61,586 bases of DNA, from contig JAGSHN010000024.1 of assembly GCA_029855935.1 (NCBI GenBank), forward strand, positions 1 through 61,586, given 5' to 3'. The notes under the pieces are model-generated. The model worked only from the letters and a program-made list of their open reading frames with translations. It was not told the origin of the DNA and did no database searches. Positions 9,514 to 19,511 of this stretch are shown one piece after another (the first letter of the stretch is position 1; every line of letters starts with the position of its first letter). Source of the stretch: Candidatus Thorarchaeota archaeon. Its GTDB lineage: Archaea; Asgardarchaeota; Thorarchaeia; Thorarchaeales; Thorarchaeaceae. The translations under genes and the position numbers were made by a program.

Positions 9514-10683
9514 CTACTTCAGTCTGCGTGCCACAAGACTGACAATATCGACAACGTCGATGGCGTCCCCCTCGAGCCTGGCTCCCTCTGAGAGGTTATG
9601 TTCGCAGAACGGGCACGCGGTCACAACCATCTCTGCCCCGGTCTCCCTCGCCTCTCTGATTCTGTCCCGTGCTATCCTCTTGGCCAAGTCACTGTCAAAC
9701 GAGCGAAGGCCGCCTCCAGCACCGCAGCACATTGCCTGCGCACGGTTGGTCTCCATCTCCACAAGAGTGACTCCCGGTAGGCTGCTGACAATCTGCCGCG
9801 GCTCCTCATAGACCCCCGTCTCGCGTCCGAGATGACAAGGGTCGTGGTACGTGACGGTGACACTCTCCTCCACCGCAGATCTCGTGAGGTCCTCTCCTGC
9901 CTCCCCGGCGAGCAGCTGTGAGACGTGTAGCACAGGAGGGAGGTCAACTCCCATCTCCGCAAAGTCCTCTTTCAGGGTCTTGTAGCATCCAGCACACGAT
10001 ACGACAATCCGGTTGGCGCCTGTGGCCGCAATTCTCTCTGCCACGCGTTCAGCGTTCTTCACGGCCTCCTCACGCTTTCCCGTACGAAGGAGGACAGAGC
10101 CACAACATGGCTCATTCCGCATCACTGCAAACTCTATGCCAGCATGATGCAACACCCAGGCTGTGTCCTTTGCAACATCAGTGGTGCGCAGAGCTGATGT
10201 GCAACCCACGAAATAGATGGTGTCTGCTCTCTCTGGGACATCAAAGTCCAATTCCTCCAGCCACTTGGTCTTGGCAGAGGCAGTTTCCCCGTAGGGGTTG
10301 TCCTCTGCGGCTACCTTCGCGGCGAGGGAGTCCCTCACGTCGTTGGGCGCATCGGACAGCAACGCACGGACCTGCTCGATGATCTTGTTGGGCTGGAATT
10401 CCGCCGGGCATATCTGTGTGCAGTTCCCGCACAGTGTGCACTCAAATAGCGGTCGGACATTGTCAGCAGTCTTGTCGAGTCGGTTCTCAAGGAGCGCTAG
10501 AGCGACCATTATCTTCCCGCGCATATAGGCTGTTTCAAAGCCGCTTGTGTTCCTCCACACCGGACATATTCCATTGAACCCCTCCTCAGCATAGACAGCC
10601 TCTCTACACAGACCGCATCGTCGACACTGGAGGAGTTCCTCTATGACCTCGTCGCTGTCAAACATTGCCGTCTCACTCCTCAC
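9514..10683 (-). CDS. Fe-S oxidoreductase, GlcF/HdrD-like (two 4Fe-4S motifs plus two CCG domains)
   Basis: CxxCxxC motifs, CCGS, YHDPCHLGR, CCGAGGG, TACPFC. Confidence 0.9.
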   Translation of the reverse strand: MRSETAMFDSDEVIEELLQCRRCGLCREAVYAEEGFNGICPVWRNTSGFETAYMRGKIMVALALLENRLDKTADNVRPLFECTLCGNCTQICPAEFQPNKIIEQVRALLSDAPNDVRDSLAAKVAAEDNPYGETASAKTKWLEELDFDVPERADTIYFVGCTSALRTTDVAKDTAWVLHHAGIEFAVMRNEPCCGSVLLRTGKREEAVKNAERVAERIAATGANRIVVSCAGCYKTLKEDFAEMGVDLPPVLHVSQLLAGEAGEDLTRSAVEESVTVTYHDPCHLGRETGVYEEPRQIVSSLPGVTLVEMETNRAQAMCCGAGGGLRSFDSDLAKRIARDRIREARETGAEMVVTACPFCEHNLSEGARLEGDAIDVVDIVSLVARRLK

Positions 10684-12082
10684 CTCTGAGAATATGCGGG
10701 TTCAGAATGTTGTTCGGGTCAAGCTCCTCTTTCAGACGCTTCACAAAACGTAGGTACTCATCCATCTCGGGAACATCCTTGAACCAAAAGGGTGCGATCT
10801 TGAAGGGCACCGCTCCGCGCTCGAAGACCTCCCTCGCGAGCCAGCTGTGCATCTTCTTCACCTTCTCCTTCTCCTCCGGGTCGGCCGGGTCAAAGTAAAG
10901 GTGCGGATAGAAGTTGAAGCTAGAGTGTCCTGTCGCAAAGCCCGCAGTGTGACCTAGGATGCCGAACTCATCAAGGCCCTCCCAGATCTTCTCGATGACG
11001 CGGTGCCAGCTGCTGGGCGTGTGATGATGATATAGAGTCCTCCAGTGCCATCCGTGCGCATAGGAGGCTCTTGCGAAAGTCCAGAGGCGGCGGTCCCACT
11101 CACCACGTGGGAGCTCCGGTACGTTCAAGACACTCCCGCCGAGTCGCTCACATATCTCGCGTGCGAGTCTTGCATCGGACTGCAGGATGTCCTCACGCAC
11201 GTGACCGAGAATGGCGGACACGGTATATGGGGACCAGTCGGTCTCGGGGATGCCGTATTCCTCTCCCAGCATGTCCATAAAGAACTCTAGAATCTGGCCC
11301 TCGTATATGGACGCGAAGATGACATTGATCTCGTTGTGCTTCGTCTCAATGATGAATCTCTCGGCCTGCTCATACTCATCGAAGCCATAGGTGTTGTAGT
11401 CGAAGTATTTCATCCGCTTGAATGTCTTCAGCGAGACTGCAGTGACGACCCCAAACATGCCGAGCGAACCTATGAACAGTCCCGTTATGTCTGGGCCGAA
11501 GGAGTACCTCAGATACGGGCCGGGCGCGTTGGGATTCGCTTCTGAACCAGTCTGGATGATCTCACCTGTTGGGAGAACGACCTCCAGACCGAGCACCATC
11601 TCCGCGATGCTGCCATACTTGGTCGAACCGGGGCCAGCACCGTTCACGACGACGTTCCCAGCGACGGTGCACGCTAGGGAGGACTCCGGGTAGACAGGGA
11701 CCCACAAGTCATGTCCAAGCAGAAACTTGTCTAGCTGCCCAAATGTGACACCTGCTCCGACGCGTACCGACCGCAGCTCCTCATAGAGTGTCATCTCCTT
11801 GAGTCGCAGCAGATCAATCACTATGCCCCCGTGCCTCGGGATCACCTCGCCCTGTAGGCTCGTCCCGCCTGAGCGAGGCGTGACGGGAATCTTGTGACGA
11901 TTGGCCAGTCGGAGTATCTCGGCGACCTCCTCGGCGTTGGCCGGCCGGACAACAACATCCGGCATGGCCCCCTCGTAGCCGACTGATGCCGAGTGGGAAT
12001 AGGCAAGTAGCACAGCTGGCTGTGTCGAGACAAACTCGTCACCCACAATTCCTACAAGGTCGTTCACGATCTGAGCCTTCAC
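10673..12082 (-). CDS. FAD-binding oxidoreductase, GlcD/D-lactate dehydrogenase/AGPS (VAO) family
   Basis: PDVVVRP, PRSGGTS, GLEVVLPTGEII, GSLGMFGVVT, LDPNNILNP. Confidence 0.9.
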   Translation of the reverse strand: MKAQIVNDLVGIVGDEFVSTQPAVLLAYSHSASVGYEGAMPDVVVRPANAEEVAEILRLANRHKIPVTPRSGGTSLQGEVIPRHGGIVIDLLRLKEMTLYEELRSVRVGAGVTFGQLDKFLLGHDLWVPVYPESSLACTVAGNVVVNGAGPGSTKYGSIAEMVLGLEVVLPTGEIIQTGSEANPNAPGPYLRYSFGPDITGLFIGSLGMFGVVTAVSLKTFKRMKYFDYNTYGFDEYEQAERFIIETKHNEINVIFASIYEGQILEFFMDMLGEEYGIPETDWSPYTVSAILGHVREDILQSDARLAREICERLGGSVLNVPELPRGEWDRRLWTFARASYAHGWHWRTLYHHHTPSSWHRVIEKIWEGLDEFGILGHTAGFATGHSSFNFYPHLYFDPADPEEKEKVKKMHSWLAREVFERGAVPFKIAPFWFKDVPEMDEYLRFVKRLKEELDPNNILNPHILRGEE

Positions 12083-12113
12083 GGGTCGTCGACCTCCCTA
12101 CTCTTGACACTAC

Positions 12114-12470
12114 CTAGAATATCTTCCTTATCCTCATCAGGTCCTTGGGTGAACCCTTCACCTTGAGCTTCCGTTTCACGAGAGCGGCTGCTGCGCTCAT
12201 CTCCTCTAGGAACAACTTCCTCACGGTCTCCTCATCGCTCTCAATGACCATGTCATACTCATCGATGGCACCCGGCTCGACAGTCAAGTTGCCGCTCTCG
12301 ACAATGAAGTGATACCTGCGTCCGTCCTTGAGCTTCAGAAGGACCTTTCTGTCCCAGCCTTGAATTGCCTCCCTTGTATCGGGCCTCTTGAGTCCAATTG
12401 CGATTCTCTCGCGCATCAGTTCCAGTAATTCGTCGTTCAAGTCTTCAACTCCTCGGCGGGTAGTGTCCAT
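12114..12470 (-). CDS. SCP2 sterol/lipid-binding domain protein
   Basis: DMVIESDEET...AALVKRKLKVKGS, the SCP2 C-terminal signature. Confidence 0.82.
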   Translation of the reverse strand: MDTTRRGVEDLNDELLELMRERIAIGLKRPDTREAIQGWDRKVLLKLKDGRRYHFIVESGNLTVEPGAIDEYDMVIESDEETVRKLFLEEMSAAAALVKRKLKVKGSPKDLMRIRKIF

Positions 12471-12564
12471 CTATGCTTTAGTTGTTTCTGCTGTTGGTCT
12501 CAAGAACAACACAGTTGCGCCCGTCGGTCGGTGTCGTTTCTCGGCCCCGCCACTGGAGGCCATC

Positions 12565-13128
12565 ATGAGTAACTATAAGTGGCAATCGGTGGATGGCGTT
12601 CTGATTCCGTTGAACGAAGAGGATCCTAGAGCCTCCGAGGCTGATGCAGTAGACTTGAAGCCAGTCTACGTGGTCACGCCACGGGACGAGATGAAAGAGA
12701 TGCTGCTAACACTCCTCTCGCACCACCCACCATCGCAGTACGGTCACTGCCTCAGGCTCTCTGTCTTCGGACGGTCCATCTACTTCTGTGGCAGATGCTC
12801 TGGAATCTACAGTGGTCTCGGGCTGGGGCTGATAGCACTGACTCTGTTGCGGGTCCAGCTGCAGCCTGCATGGCTGTGGTTCTTTGTTGCTCTTGCAATG
12901 GGGCTCTCGACCGTGGTGGAGTGGATGACGCAACGTCTGACCCCGAGAAAGACGACGGTATATCAGAGGTTCGCCACGGGCCTGCTCAGCGGGCTAGGTC
13001 TCGCCATAATCATGATTCTTCGCGATATGGTGTTTATGCTGGTCACGCTGATTGTCATGATGGTCTCAATTGGCAGCGTCAGCCTCGCTGAGGGTCGTGC
13101 CGGGCGACGTGCCGAAGGAAACAGTTAA
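12565..13128 (+). CDS. DUF2085-family membrane protein
   Basis: SHH...FCGRCSGIYSG and RFATGLLSG, with four TM helices. Start at ATG 12565. Confidence 0.78.
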   Translation: MSNYKWQSVDGVLIPLNEEDPRASEADAVDLKPVYVVTPRDEMKEMLLTLLSHHPPSQYGHCLRLSVFGRSIYFCGRCSGIYSGLGLGLIALTLLRVQLQPAWLWFFVALAMGLSTVVEWMTQRLTPRKTTVYQRFATGLLSGLGLAIIMILRDMVFMLVTLIVMMVSIGSVSLAEGRAGRRAEGNS

Positions 13129-13154
13129 AGTGTCGGCGCAACACGAGGTCGTCA

Positions 13155-14303
13155 GTGTCTGCCATGATACCCATCGCCAAACCAATTGTTGACAGAGAAG
13201 AGATAGAGGCCGTCGAGAGAGTCCTTGAGTCTGGGATGCTGGCCGAGGGCAAGGTGTCAAGGGAGCTCGAGGAGAAGTTCGCCAAGTTTGTCGGGACCAA
13301 GTATGCCACAGTGACAACGAACGGCACCACAGCTCTGTTCACAGCCCTAGAGGCCATTGGCGTTCAGCCGGGCGACGAGGTAATAACCACTCCTTTCACG
13401 TTCATTGCCTCTGCAAACACGATTGCCCAGGTTGGGGCGATTCCTGTGTTTGCCGACGTCGACCCAGAGACCTACAACATTGATCCGGAGAAGATTGAGA
13501 GCGCGATAACGAAGAAGACACGTGCCATAATGCCCGTACACATCTTCGGTAATCCGTGCGACATGACGCGCATAATGGAGATAGCCGAGAAGCACGACCT
13601 GTACGTCATCGAGGACGCATGTCAGGCGCACGGTGCTACCATTGACGGAAGGCATGTGGGATCCATTGGTCACGTGGCCGCCTTCTCCTTCTACGCGACT
13701 AAGAACATGATGACTGGCGAGGGTGGAATGATAACGACGGATGACGAGGAGATAGTCGAGGCGGCGAGGTCCATAAAGAATCACGGGCGCGGCGCAAAGG
13801 GTGGCTACAGCCACTTTCGGATTGGCTATAACTTCAGAATGATGGATCTCGTTTCCGCCATAGGACTAGTCCAGCTGAAGAGGCTACCGGAGATTGTGAA
13901 ACGTCAGCGCGAGCACGCGGCCAGATTTGACGAGGCATTCTCCGATCTCAAGGAACTTCGACCGCAGAGAGTGATTGAGGGTGCAGAGTCTGCCTACCAC
14001 GTCTATGCACCTCGGCTCTACTCAGACACGATATCTCGTGACGAGATGATAGAGTTCCTCAAGGCACACGGTGTCGGAGCAAGAAGCGTCTACGCCACAC
14101 CGTGTCACAAGCAGGGGACGTATCTCAACATTCACCAGTGGCGATGGGCCAAGTTCGTCAGGTACCCCGACTACTCCAAGATGTCGTTCCCTGTTGCAGA
14201 GGAGATTGGCCGTCGACACTTCCAAGTGCCCTCTCACGCTCAGGTCACCGATGACCAGGTGGAGATCATTATCGAGACCGTCCGGCAGGCCCTCTCCAAG
14301 TAG
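13155..14303 (+). CDS. DegT/DnrJ/EryC1/StrS PLP-dependent sugar aminotransferase
   Basis: TNGTTAL, TPFTFIAS, IEDACQAHG, SFYATKNMMTGEGG. Confidence 0.95.
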   Translation: MSAMIPIAKPIVDREEIEAVERVLESGMLAEGKVSRELEEKFAKFVGTKYATVTTNGTTALFTALEAIGVQPGDEVITTPFTFIASANTIAQVGAIPVFADVDPETYNIDPEKIESAITKKTRAIMPVHIFGNPCDMTRIMEIAEKHDLYVIEDACQAHGATIDGRHVGSIGHVAAFSFYATKNMMTGEGGMITTDDEEIVEAARSIKNHGRGAKGGYSHFRIGYNFRMMDLVSAIGLVQLKRLPEIVKRQREHAARFDEAFSDLKELRPQRVIEGAESAYHVYAPRLYSDTISRDEMIEFLKAHGVGARSVYATPCHKQGTYLNIHQWRWAKFVRYPDYSKMSFPVAEEIGRRHFQVPSHAQVTDDQVEIIIETVRQALSK

Positions 14304-14406
14304 CTGACCGTCCGCTGTGTGTCGAGGGGCGTTCCCAATCCTCGGCTGGACGGTTGTTGGGCAACACTAGATAACCTGAAATCCAAGTCTGTTTCATGGA
14401 CTACGT

Positions 14407-15555
14407 ATGAATATCTTCGGCCCCCGAGGCGGAGTGAACGAACTCAGGGCGGATGAGTCGAAACGAGAGATAGACCTTGACAGGGAGTTCCCGCTATCGA
14501 AGATACCTCACGAGCTGACGAGGCGTTTCCTCATCGCCTGTGGTACAGTCCCCTCAGAACAGCTGGAAACATACGCAGCAGCTGCAAAATCGATTGAGGC
14601 TGACTTTGTTCGGATTCGCGCTGGTACGTGGCACGATACTCTGAAGCAACTGAGGAATGCCTATGACCCCAGTCTGCACAGGGCAATCCTTCTCATAGGT
14701 CACGGCGGACAGGTGCCATCGAAGATTGTACGTTATGATGGCACGCCCGCCTACTCCGACTGGTTCCTTCAGGACATCGATGGTGACGGCACTCCCGACG
14801 TCCCCATCGGGAGGGTCTTTGGCGACACAGAGACAGTTCTATCCCACCTAGACCCCAATATGATTGACAGTGACATCGCAGTGATATTCGACAGCACGCC
14901 TTGGCGGTCCGACCGACACGTGGTTGCCCTGAGGAAATTGGGCTTCAACGTGTATATCCTCCCCCGGTTCAAAGAGAAGCATGCACGGCTGCTGGCCGTG
15001 AGCGAGTTCGTTCTCCAGTTCTCCGATGGTCGCTATGAGAAGAGGATCCACGGCTCTCCCGAGGCATGGCTGTCCCACAACTCCCTCGTTCTCGACTTCA
15101 AGCAGGCACAATCGATACAGTTCGTGGGCTATCCGGTCGTGTTCTCGGAGGCGTGTACAACGGCCCGTGAGGGACCGCTGCTTCGTGCCTTTCTGTCCCG
15201 AGGGGCCTGTTACGTGGGATCACCCCTTGAGACCGTCAACAATACTGAGCCGTTCGATAGTTGGCGGGAGTGCATAGCTGCCGATGGCTGGAAGTTCGGG
15301 TTCCTTGATCTGCTGGACTCGTACTCAACGATTGGCGAGGTAAAGGTCAATGTTGATGCGACACTGTTCCAGAATCTCCCTGACAAACTTCGGAAGGTCG
15401 TCAATGCCATGGCAAGAGAGAAGGGTGCCTCGGACATCAAGCACGATGAGGTCCTCAGCGTTCTTGAGTGGCACCTGTTCGGAAATCCCCTACGACTCTC
15501 GACCAGAGGCCCGAATGCCTCATTCGAGCCGGACCGGATAGTCGTGGACACGTAG
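14407..15555 (+). CDS. Peptidase C25 (gingipain)-like, clan CD
   Basis: LLIG, DIDGDGTPDVPIGRV, HGSPEAW (His), FSEACTT (Cys), WHLFGNP. Confidence 0.68.
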   Translation: MNIFGPRGGVNELRADESKREIDLDREFPLSKIPHELTRRFLIACGTVPSEQLETYAAAAKSIEADFVRIRAGTWHDTLKQLRNAYDPSLHRAILLIGHGGQVPSKIVRYDGTPAYSDWFLQDIDGDGTPDVPIGRVFGDTETVLSHLDPNMIDSDIAVIFDSTPWRSDRHVVALRKLGFNVYILPRFKEKHARLLAVSEFVLQFSDGRYEKRIHGSPEAWLSHNSLVLDFKQAQSIQFVGYPVVFSEACTTAREGPLLRAFLSRGACYVGSPLETVNNTEPFDSWRECIAADGWKFGFLDLLDSYSTIGEVKVNVDATLFQNLPDKLRKVVNAMAREKGASDIKHDEVLSVLEWHLFGNPLRLSTRGPNASFEPDRIVVDT

Positions 15556-15566
15556 TCAATGAGCAT

Positions 15567-15980
15567 CTATCCGTGCAACCGGACTCCCCTCAGGCGTAGT
15601 CCTAAGAGGCCGCCAACGAGGCCAATCAGTGCCATAAAGAGTGATCCCGCAATGATGTCAATTGGAGATGCCGTGAGGCTGGTCGCTTCGGCAACGTAGT
15701 AGAATAGAGCAAGATAGGCCACAAACGAGCCGACCGTGGCCCCGGTCACAGAGTGCGTGCGATGGCCCAGTAGGTATCCTATCACCGCACCGGCCACGAT
15801 GGGTGTGACAACGTAGAGGATGAAGTACAGGCCCACGTTCAGCATCGCGCACGCAATGGTCATGCCCAGAAGCCGCCCACGGTGCCGTGTGTCACTGATC
15901 GGAATCTCCAGTGTCTGCAGCGCTCTCACCAGCTCTGGGTCGATAGCCACCCTCTTTAAGTCTGGCGAACGGTGACCCAT
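15567..15980 (-). CDS. Small multi-TM membrane protein
   Basis: Gly-rich hydrophobic helices; start uncertain (15980 or 15950). Confidence 0.6.
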   Translation of the reverse strand: MGHRSPDLKRVAIDPELVRALQTLEIPISDTRHRGRLLGMTIACAMLNVGLYFILYVVTPIVAGAVIGYLLGHRTHSVTGATVGSFVAYLALFYYVAEATSLTASPIDIIAGSLFMALIGLVGGLLGLRLRGVRLHG

Positions 15981-16083
15981 ACGTGAGGGTGTCTCTCTCG
16001 CAGCGTCTGAAGAGTACAATGGGCTTTGTGCGGCCATCACCAGACCACATAGGTTTTCAGGGGCTCTCAATCTCCTGTGTCGT

Positions 16084-17028
16084 ATGCGCGTGAAGATAGT
16101 ACCCCCCGCTGAGTACAATATGCTATTGTCAATTCACGCGTGGATCTATCCAGACATCCAGCCAGTACCCGAGAGAACATCCTCTGATGGTCTCTTCTCC
16201 CGGATGATGACGATTGAGCTGCAGCACGTACCCGTTCTGGCAAGGCAGGAGGGAACTGGCGGCGAGATCATGGTGATGGCGCGCCCGTACCCTGACGACA
16301 ATGCGACCAGCACACGGGCCCTCAAAACAAAGATGCGACGGACGCTGTGTCTTGACCTTGACCTGACTGGCGTTCACAATCTGATGGCGGACGACCCTCT
16401 ACTCTCTGCAGTGAGCAAAGAGATTCTCTCTGTGAGACCCTACCTCACTGACACACCATTCGAGGCTCTTGCCAAGTCGATAATCCAGCAGCAGATATCA
16501 TATCGAGCCGCGAATTCTGTCACGCGGCGCCTCATTCTGAGGGCCAATCTACGTGCGGATGTTCAGGGCGAGACCGTGTATCACTTTCCCCCACCATCCG
16601 AGATTCTGGCCATTGGCGCTGAGGGCCTTAGAGAAATTGGACTGGGCCGGAAGTCCGAATACCTTGCCGACGTGGCTCGTCTTGTCGAGAGGGGGGAGTT
16701 GGATCTTGACGGACTGTTCGGCGCAACATATGATGAGATACGCGAGGTTCTCCTGCCAGTGCGGGGCGTGGGTGTGTGGACGGTGCAGGCCACCGCCATC
16801 GCAGGACTTGGAGAGTTCTCCACCTTTCCGTACGGTGACCTTGGGATACGTAATCTGCTGGCCCGACTTCTGGAACGCCAGTCCCCGCTCCCGACCGCCG
16901 AGGTTGAGCGGACGGCCGAGAGATGGGGGGAGTTCGGTCCCCTCGTCCTCTACCTTCTGATGTGTGCGGATGTGCTTGGCCTTGTCAGAGAGAGCAGGGT
17001 ATGGATGTCGAAAACGCATAAAAGGTGA
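16084..17028 (+). CDS. alkA: DNA-3-methyladenine glycosylase, AlkA/HhH-GPD family
   Basis: FEALAKSIIQQQIS, FPPP, VRGVGVWT (HhH), FPYGDLG. Confidence 0.88.
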   Translation: MRVKIVPPAEYNMLLSIHAWIYPDIQPVPERTSSDGLFSRMMTIELQHVPVLARQEGTGGEIMVMARPYPDDNATSTRALKTKMRRTLCLDLDLTGVHNLMADDPLLSAVSKEILSVRPYLTDTPFEALAKSIIQQQISYRAANSVTRRLILRANLRADVQGETVYHFPPPSEILAIGAEGLREIGLGRKSEYLADVARLVERGELDLDGLFGATYDEIREVLLPVRGVGVWTVQATAIAGLGEFSTFPYGDLGIRNLLARLLERQSPLPTAEVERTAERWGEFGPLVLYLLMCADVLGLVRESRVWMSKTHKR

Positions 17029-18218
17029 GCAAAGATAGCAGGCATAGCCTGAGGGTGAGTCTGTTGTCCGAGGCGAAGAGGAAGAACACCAAGACTTGGC
17101 GTATCTGGTCTATGTTCCTCAAGGAGCTTCGGTTGATTCAGAATGACAAATTCGCTCTGTTGATGATCTTCATTCTTCCCGGAATGATAATGGGTACAAT
17201 GTACATCGCCATCAACCAACAGTCAGCAAAAGTGGTCTCTACGGAGACGGGGAAGAACGAGGACGCAATCATACTCGGAGTGGTCGACCTTGACACGACG
17301 GACACATTTCCGGGTCAGGACCTCTCGGCCAATTTCACGTGGTATCTTAGTCAGAGCCCGGACCTGATAGTGATACAATACAACACTGAGGAAGAGGCTC
17401 TTGATGCGCTGTATCGTGATCAAGTAGACGCATACGCAGTGATTCGATACGGGTTCGAGGGAAACATCACCAACGATGTCCCGGCCATCGTTGATGTCCA
17501 TATCAGTAGTACGAATTTCCAGTCGCAGGCCGCGGTCTTCTCAGCCTTCTCCGATGTCGTCACCAGATTTCGCGCAGACCACGGATGGATTAAGGGCGAG
17601 GTCCGACTTCAGGAGGTACGCGAGTTCCAACCGACTGGGAACTACAACGCGGCCACGTTCGGCGTGTTCCTGTTGGTGTTCTCGGTGTTCGTTGCTGTTG
17701 CGGCGACTGCAGCTCAGGCAATCGTCGGTGACATTCCTCTGGGGCGAATGCTCCTGACTCCGGCGACGAAGCTTGAGGCCATATTGGCAAAGTGGCTTGC
17801 CTACTTCTTTCTTGGTATGATACAGGCCCAGTTTCTCCTTGTTCTATGGATGGGCCTCTTTGGCATTGTCCCAAACACGGACTACCTCACGCTGAATGCT
17901 GTTCTTGCTCTAATGTCAATCTCCGGGTCTGCACTGGGCATTCTGATCTCCACGTTCGTATCCACGCGACTGCAGGCCAATCAGTCTTTTCTCTTCTTGC
18001 TCTTCGGCTCTATGATTCTGGGGACGGGTTTCCTTGACGTTGGTCCAGTCGACGATGTCTATCCTCTGAATCTCGGCAGGAAGATGATAGTCGACACGGC
18101 ATTCAAGGGGGTTTCACTGGCAGTCTATCAGAGTCAGGTGCTGCTCATTCTTGAGATAACGGTGTTCCTCCTGTTCTTTGCCTGGGTCGTCTTCAGCGCG
18201 AAACAGGTACTCGCTTGA
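17025..18218 (+). CDS. ABC-2 type transporter permease
   Basis: KELRLIQND, extracytoplasmic domain (GVVDLD), RMLLTP, C-terminal TM helices; GTGA overlap with alkA. Confidence 0.85.
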   Translation: MSKDSRHSLRVSLLSEAKRKNTKTWRIWSMFLKELRLIQNDKFALLMIFILPGMIMGTMYIAINQQSAKVVSTETGKNEDAIILGVVDLDTTDTFPGQDLSANFTWYLSQSPDLIVIQYNTEEEALDALYRDQVDAYAVIRYGFEGNITNDVPAIVDVHISSTNFQSQAAVFSAFSDVVTRFRADHGWIKGEVRLQEVREFQPTGNYNAATFGVFLLVFSVFVAVAATAAQAIVGDIPLGRMLLTPATKLEAILAKWLAYFFLGMIQAQFLLVLWMGLFGIVPNTDYLTLNAVLALMSISGSALGILISTFVSTRLQANQSFLFLLFGSMILGTGFLDVGPVDDVYPLNLGRKMIVDTAFKGVSLAVYQSQVLLILEITVFLLFFAWVVFSAKQVLA

Positions 18219-18289
18219 CTGTCCGCGGTACCAAAAGGCCATAAGCAGCCGCGCGTATCCAAGTCTACTCCCCAGGGAGGAGATAACAG

Positions 18290-18493
18290 ATGGGTGTAGT
18301 CAAAGTCATAGAGCTCATTGGAGAGTCACCGGACAGCTGGGAGGATGCCGTCAAGCAGGCTCTTGCGGTTGCAACAAAGACCCTCCGCGGAATCGTTGGA
18401 ATCGATGTCGACCATTTCACCGCAAAGGTGGAGAACGGCAAGATCGTTGCGTTCAGGGCCGACATCAAGGTAGCCTTCACGTACGAGGGATGA
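18290..18493 (+). CDS. Dodecin (flavin-binding)
   Basis: VVKVIELIGESPDSWEDAV...IKVAF; SD GGGAGGAG. Confidence 0.93.
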   Translation: MGVVKVIELIGESPDSWEDAVKQALAVATKTLRGIVGIDVDHFTAKVENGKIVAFRADIKVAFTYEG

Positions 18494-18575
18494 GGTGACA
18501 ATCTCTCTAGTAGTCTGGTGTCATAGATTCGGCGGGCAACGGTGCGGTCATCCGCACCAGCCCTGCCCCTTCTCT

Positions 18576-19379
18576 CTACGGCAGAAGCAAGTAGAAGAGT
18601 AGAACAAGCGTGTTGTTCAGGCCGTGAGCGACCGACGGAGCAACAACAGAGTAGCGTCTTCTCCGCGCTGCAAAGCCAAGAAAAGCACCCAGTACAAAAC
18701 GGGTGGGAAGCCCGATGATGTCGAGGTGAGTCGCAGCGAAGATGAGCGAGGCGATTGCAATTGCCATTGCTCCATATCTGGTCCGGTGTCCAAAGAAGTA
18801 CATCTCGAGTCTGCGCTGAAGGAATCCACGGAACAGCACCTCCTCTGCAGGCCCAACGATGACAAACATAACGAGGGCCCATCCCGCGACATCCCATATA
18901 CTCAGCGTCCGGCTCAGACTGCCTGATCCTGGTTCCGGTACGCCGGGTATCATATCGACCGCCCAACTCACGGCCACGTTAGCGAGAAACATAACAAGCC
19001 CAAGACCGAGGCCGTAGAGAATGTCAGACGGCAGACTGATCTTCTTTATGCCAATTGACGCTGCCGGAAGGCCCCGTTTCTTCACGTACCAGAGTGGTGG
19101 TACTATCAGCGCCAGTTCCGAAGCGCTCAGTAGAATCAGTACGCTGAACGGCTCCACCTGGCCTGTGCGAAGGTTCACGTGGACAACTCCCATCGCGATC
19201 AACGGGACCAACATGAGGGCAGAGATCAGTACCATCAGTCCGAGTCCCAGCAGGACGTATCCAACCACGCGTAGCACCTGGCCCCGTGAGACGTGGCGCT
19301 CAAGCAGTTTTCCCGGCACAAATATGTCAATGGTCACCGTCTGCGTCATTGCATAGCGGTCTGGGTCTTCCATCACCAT
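18576..19379 (-). CDS. CPBP-family intramembrane glutamic endopeptidase
   Basis: EEVLFRG, FAATH, HGLNN. Confidence 0.92.
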   Translation of the reverse strand: MVMEDPDRYAMTQTVTIDIFVPGKLLERHVSRGQVLRVVGYVLLGLGLMVLISALMLVPLIAMGVVHVNLRTGQVEPFSVLILLSASELALIVPPLWYVKKRGLPAASIGIKKISLPSDILYGLGLGLVMFLANVAVSWAVDMIPGVPEPGSGSLSRTLSIWDVAGWALVMFVIVGPAEEVLFRGFLQRRLEMYFFGHRTRYGAMAIAIASLIFAATHLDIIGLPTRFVLGAFLGFAARRRRYSVVAPSVAHGLNNTLVLLFYLLLP

Positions 19380-19511
19380 TTTCTTGGCCTCGCTGTTGTC
19401 CCACCAGTCGCCTCTGTGCAGAGATAAGCATTTGTGTATCAGCCGCCTGCGCCGTCCGCATACTCTTTATGACAAGGCTCCATCGCCTGATTGGGCCTAC
19501 GGTGAGCGACA

